Assembly (NCBI GenBank): GCA_965263035.1
Contig: OZ253580.1
Location: forward strand, 320,001 to 384,000
From: Acidobacteriota bacterium
Lineage (GTDB): Bacteria; Acidobacteriota; UBA6911; RPQK01; JAJDTT01
DNA length: 64,000 nucleotides
Direction of reading: 5' to 3'
Shown: positions 60,403 through 64,000 of the stretch, piece by piece
How the letters are laid out: each line of letters opens with the position of its first letter
Numbering within the stretch: position 1 is the stretch's first letter
Program-made: the position numbers and the translations under genes
Notes under the pieces: model-generated
The model's database searches: none
Seen by the model: only the letters and a program-made list of their open reading frames with translations
Told to the model about the DNA's origin: nothing

Positions 60403-61536
60403 TCAACCCGAAGCTCCGGCCGCGCCCGGGTCCGACGCGAAGACGATCACTCCCCTCGCCACTCGGCCCGTCTCCATGTCCTCGAAGGCCTGGGGCAACT
60501 GCTCCAGGGTATAACGCCGGGTAATCAACTCGTCCAGTTGGAGCCGTCCCGCCCGGTACAGTTCGATCAACCTGGGCAGATCCAGGCGCGGCCGGACCGA
60601 GCCCACGAAGGAGCCCAGGAGCCGCTTGTTCTGCAAGACCAGGGTGGCGGAAGAAATGGGGACCTCCTCCTTGAAGCCGTACAACCCGACGATAGTGGCA
60701 GTGCCTCCCGGACGGGCAGCCTCCAGGGCCTGGGGAACGGTCCGCGGCGAGCCGACGCTGTCGAACACGTACTCGGCCCCGCCTCCGGTGATCTGGCGCA
60801 GGCGCTCCAGGGCGTCCTCACTTCCCGCGTCGATGGTGTGGGTGGCGCCCATTTGGCGGGCGAACTGCAGCTTGCGGTCCACCAGGTCCAGGGCCACGAT
60901 AGGGTTGCACCCGGCCAGACGGCAACCCTGGACGATGCACAGGCCCACGCCGCCGCAGCCGATGACAGCCGCCGGCAGGCCGGGCCGGGCCCGGGCCGTG
61001 TTGATGACGGCACCGACTCCGGTGGCCGCCGCGCACCCGGCCACCGCCGCCGCCTCGAAAGGGACGTCGTCGGGAAAGGGAACGGCGCTGGCCTCGTCGA
61101 TGACGGCATATTCCGACATGGTGGCCGCTCCCACCATGTGCTTGAGCATGGTCCCATCCAGCGTGCTCAGGCGGGACGTCCCATCCAGCATCATGGCCTT
61201 GAAGGTGGTCTCAGGCAGACGTTCGCACAGATTGTGGCGGCCGCTCAGACAGGTGGGACACCTCTCACAGGCCGGCAGCCAGTTCACCATGACCCGGTCG
61301 CCCGCCCGAACCGACTGGACCCGGCTGCCCACCGCCTCCACCACTCCGGCTCCCTCGTGTCCGATGACCAGGGGAGGAGTGGCCCGGAGTTCCCCCTTGT
61401 AGGTGTGGAGGTCGGAGTGGCAGACCCCCGCGGCCCGCATCCGGATCAGGACCTCGGTGGGCTGCGGCGGCGCCAGCTCCACTTCCCCGATCTCCAGGCG
61501 GCCCGCCTGAAGCGAATACGCGGCCTTGGTCCTCAT
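60403..61536 (-). CDS. Zn-dependent alcohol dehydrogenase
   Basis: GVCHSD, GHEGAG, C..C..C...C structural Zn site, GCGGVG; ATGA overlap with the peptidase stop. Confidence 0.92.
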   Translation of the reverse strand: MRTKAAYSLQAGRLEIGEVELAPPQPTEVLIRMRAAGVCHSDLHTYKGELRATPPLVIGHEGAGVVEAVGSRVQSVRAGDRVMVNWLPACERCPTCLSGRHNLCERLPETTFKAMMLDGTSRLSTLDGTMLKHMVGAATMSEYAVIDEASAVPFPDDVPFEAAAVAGCAAATGVGAVINTARARPGLPAAVIGCGGVGLCIVQGCRLAGCNPIVALDLVDRKLQFARQMGATHTIDAGSEDALERLRQITGGGAEYVFDSVGSPRTVPQALEAARPGGTATIVGLYGFKEEVPISSATLVLQNKRLLGSFVGSVRPRLDLPRLIELYRAGRLQLDELITRRYTLEQLPQAFEDMETGRVARGVIVFASDPGAAGASG

Positions 61537-63608
61537 GGGCGGCTTCCTCCCCCAGCCTCTCCGGCGCCGGCGCGATACTTCTCGAACCAGGCCAGGATAT
61601 AGCTGACCTTGGCGACCATATGGCTGGGACGCTGGGCGATGCCGTGGGACGCCCCGGGAATCCGCACCATGGCCGTGTCCACCTTCCGCAGCTTGAGGGC
61701 CTGATAGTACTGTTCCGTCTCCGAGATGGGTGTCCGCAGGTCCGACTCTCCGGTGAGCAGCATGGTGGGCGTCGTGACGTTTCCCACCAGGGAGAGCGGC
61801 GAATACTTCCAATAGGTTTCGAATCCCTCCCACACCGGAGCCGGCATCCAATACTTGCTGAAGGTGACATAGATGTCGCTGGTTCCGCTGATGCTGATCC
61901 AGTTGATGACCGGTTTGGAGGCCACCGCCGCCCGGAAACGGCCGGTTTTACCCACGATCCAGGCGGTGAGCACGCCTCCTCCCGATCCGCCGGTGACGAA
62001 CAGGTTGTTCGGATCGACGTAGCCCTTCTCCAGCACGAAGTCCACGCCCGCAATCAGATCGTCGTAGTCCTGGCTCGGATAGTTCTGGTGGATGAGGTTG
62101 GCGAACTGGGCGCCGTAACCGGTGCTGCCGCGGGGATTCGTATAGAGCACGACGTACCCTGCCGAGGCCATCAGCTGGAGCTCGGCACTGAAGTAGGGCC
62201 CGTAGTAGGCGTAGGGACCTCCATGGATCTCCAGGATCAGAGGATACTTCCGAGACGGGTCGAAGTCGGGCGGCCTGATGATCCAGCCATCGATGCGACG
62301 GCCATCCGCCGAGGACGAATAGGTGACCTGTTCCACCGGGCCAAGCGCCTTGTGGACCAGCAGGTCTTCGTTCAAACGGGTCAGGCGGCGGGCTCGACCC
62401 GTGGCTGGGGCGAAACCCACGTCCGGTGGTCTCTGGGTCGATGCGGCCGTGTAGACAATCCCCTCCTTTCCGGCGCGAAAGGCTCCTGCTCCATAGGGCC
62501 GCCCCAGGGAGAGGCCGCCCAGGTTCGTGACCACCGTCTCGATCTCGCCGTCGAGGCTGACCAGCGCCACCCGAGTCGAGCCCTGGTGGCCGTATTGGAC
62601 ATAGATGCTCTTGCCGTCGGGATGCCACTGGGGACTGGAGACGGAACGGTCCAGGTCCCGAGTCAGTGCCCGCGGCCGTCCGCCATCCCGGTCCATGACG
62701 TAGAGGACGCTGTTGGCGTAGCTCAATCCCTGGTCGTCATACCCGGTGTAGGCGATGATCTTGCCATCCGGCGAAACGGCCGGGTCCGAGTCGGGTCCCT
62801 TTCTCCGGGTCAAGGTCCGGATCTGACCCGTGACGGACACTTCATGGATCTCCGACTCCCGAGGCTCATACTCCCAATTCGGGGAGCGATTGGAGCTGAT
62901 CAGGATGCCGGTGCTCTCGGGCAGCCAGACCGGTGGACCCGAATTGTATTCCCCTCGCGTGAGCTGCCGGGGTGTGCCTCCGTCCTCATTCAGGAGAAAG
63001 AGCTGGACATTCCCCTCCTCCACCAGGCCTTGGCCGTCCCGGCGGTATTGCACACTTTGGATTTCCCGGGGCAGAGGGGCCCATTTGGCGCCCTCCGGCG
63101 GGGACGGCAGCTGCACCATGGGTTGCCGTTTACCGGGAACGAATTGGGTGAACGCGATCCACTTCCCATCCGGGGACCAGGCCGGGTTCGAAGGCGCCCG
63201 CGTCAGATGGGTGAGCCGGGAGGTCTGCCGCGTGTCCATCCACATCACGTAGAGTTGCGGACTCCCTTCGGCATCGGAGATGTAGAGAAGCCGCCGCCCG
63301 TCCGACGAGAGGCGGGGAGAGGAATATCGGGCCCCTCCGGCGAGAAGCGGGCGATGACCGCTTCCGTCCAGATCGATGGTCCAGACGCTGCTCCGGCGCC
63401 GGTCCGTCATCAGGTCCATGGAGTTGCGCATGTAGATCACGCGACCACCGTCCGGCGTGAAACGCGGATCGGAAGCCCATTCCAACTCGAAGACGTCCTG
63501 GGGCTCGAATCGCTCCAGTTCCCGGGCCAGGAGCCGCACCTGGAGGGACGAGGCAAACCAGACCGTCAGGGTGGCAATAAGAAATAAGAAGGATCGACGC
63601 ATCACCAT
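61533..63608 (-). CDS. S9 family (acylaminoacyl/prolyl oligo) peptidase
   Basis: Signal peptide, PD40 propeller repeats, IHGGP, NPRGS, GGSGGG nucleophile, GESDLR, ASHG. Confidence 0.92.
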   Translation of the reverse strand: MVMRRSFLFLIATLTVWFASSLQVRLLARELERFEPQDVFELEWASDPRFTPDGGRVIYMRNSMDLMTDRRRSSVWTIDLDGSGHRPLLAGGARYSSPRLSSDGRRLLYISDAEGSPQLYVMWMDTRQTSRLTHLTRAPSNPAWSPDGKWIAFTQFVPGKRQPMVQLPSPPEGAKWAPLPREIQSVQYRRDGQGLVEEGNVQLFLLNEDGGTPRQLTRGEYNSGPPVWLPESTGILISSNRSPNWEYEPRESEIHEVSVTGQIRTLTRRKGPDSDPAVSPDGKIIAYTGYDDQGLSYANSVLYVMDRDGGRPRALTRDLDRSVSSPQWHPDGKSIYVQYGHQGSTRVALVSLDGEIETVVTNLGGLSLGRPYGAGAFRAGKEGIVYTAASTQRPPDVGFAPATGRARRLTRLNEDLLVHKALGPVEQVTYSSSADGRRIDGWIIRPPDFDPSRKYPLILEIHGGPYAYYGPYFSAELQLMASAGYVVLYTNPRGSTGYGAQFANLIHQNYPSQDYDDLIAGVDFVLEKGYVDPNNLFVTGGSGGGVLTAWIVGKTGRFRAAVASKPVINWISISGTSDIYVTFSKYWMPAPVWEGFETYWKYSPLSLVGNVTTPTMLLTGESDLRTPISETEQYYQALKLRKVDTAMVRIPGASHGIAQRPSHMVAKVSYILAWFEKYRAGAGEAGGGSRP

Positions 63609-63689
63609 GACCCCATCCACATCGGCGCTACTCGGCACCTCTCGATGAACCGCTAACATTCTGCGCTTCGACTTCGGACTCCACAAGAG

Positions 63690-63890
63690 CCGGAGAGGAA
63701 AGAGAAACGAGGAGAGAGGACAGAGATAAGAAGCCGGTGTTGGTCGACTACGGGGCAGGTCGGTCGGTTTTGAAGTATGTGGCTCGGGCGTCCCTGACAA
63801 GCTACGTTGTTGGTTCTCTCCACCACCGTACAATCGCCACCTTCTTCACTCTTTTTCCTCTTTCCCCTTTCCTCTTTCCTGCTTTCCCTC
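63690..63890. repeat. inverted purine/pyrimidine ~7-mer tracts in a divergent intergenic region
   Basis: GAGAGGAAAGAGAAACGAGGAGAGAGGACAGAG (63692-63725) faces CTCTTTTTCCTCTTTCCCCTTTCCTCTTTCC (63849-63879). Confidence 0.5.
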
Positions 63891-63927
63891 CGTTGCCGGC
63901 TTCCGGGGCTTGGTGTAACTTGTGCCC

Positions 63928-64000
63928 ATGATTCGTACAATCGAATGGACCGACGAGGGCGTGGTCATGATCGACCAGCGCCTGCTTCCGACCCAGGAGA
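63928..64000 (+). CDS. mtnA: S-methyl-5-thioribose-1-phosphate isomerase, N-terminus (runs off window)
   Basis: MIRTIEWTDEGVVMIDQRLLPTQE matches the MtnA N-terminal I.W......DQR.LP motif. Confidence 0.8.
   Translation, partial: MIRTIEWTDEGVVMIDQRLLPTQE

Noticed and set aside
1-64000. tRNA/rRNA genes (including selC) and selenoprotein UGA readthrough
   Set aside because: None recognised by eye; a tRNAscan-SE/bSECISearch run would be needed to exclude them

Overview
GC-rich bacterial chromosomal window. The DUF1501/DUF1553 pair, Tat-exported enolase-family enzymes and a SHC-fold CxxCH protein suggest an Acidobacteriota/PVC-type organism; this is inference only. The window runs from a partial purH to a partial mtnA and carries mostly catabolic and transport genes (selA, SSS transporter, sialidase, feoAB, amidase, aconitase X pair, S9 peptidase, a MacAB-type ABC operon). 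Mobile DNA is abundant: an IS630, a DUF4338(DruA)-IS4 element interrupted by an unusually long IS3, group II intron remnants, REP-like palindromes, and intact or decayed TA modules. The main discovery is a ~10.56 kb tail-less, capsid-forming element (42257-52823). It is bounded by an 11-bp direct repeat (AAATCGGATTG) and inserted in the ABC operon's membrane-fusion gene, and precise excision would restore that gene in frame. It encodes a Cre-like integrase, TerL, HNH, a head-closure-like protein, an HK97-type capsid, a small P-loop protein, prohead protease, connector and portal. No tail, primase/Rep or TerS gene is recognisable. It also carries a ~450-nt highly structured non-coding region and a three-gene cargo that resembles a chaperone/antitoxin/ADP-ribosyltransferase defence module. 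All protein calls come from motif recognition by eye; no searches were run.
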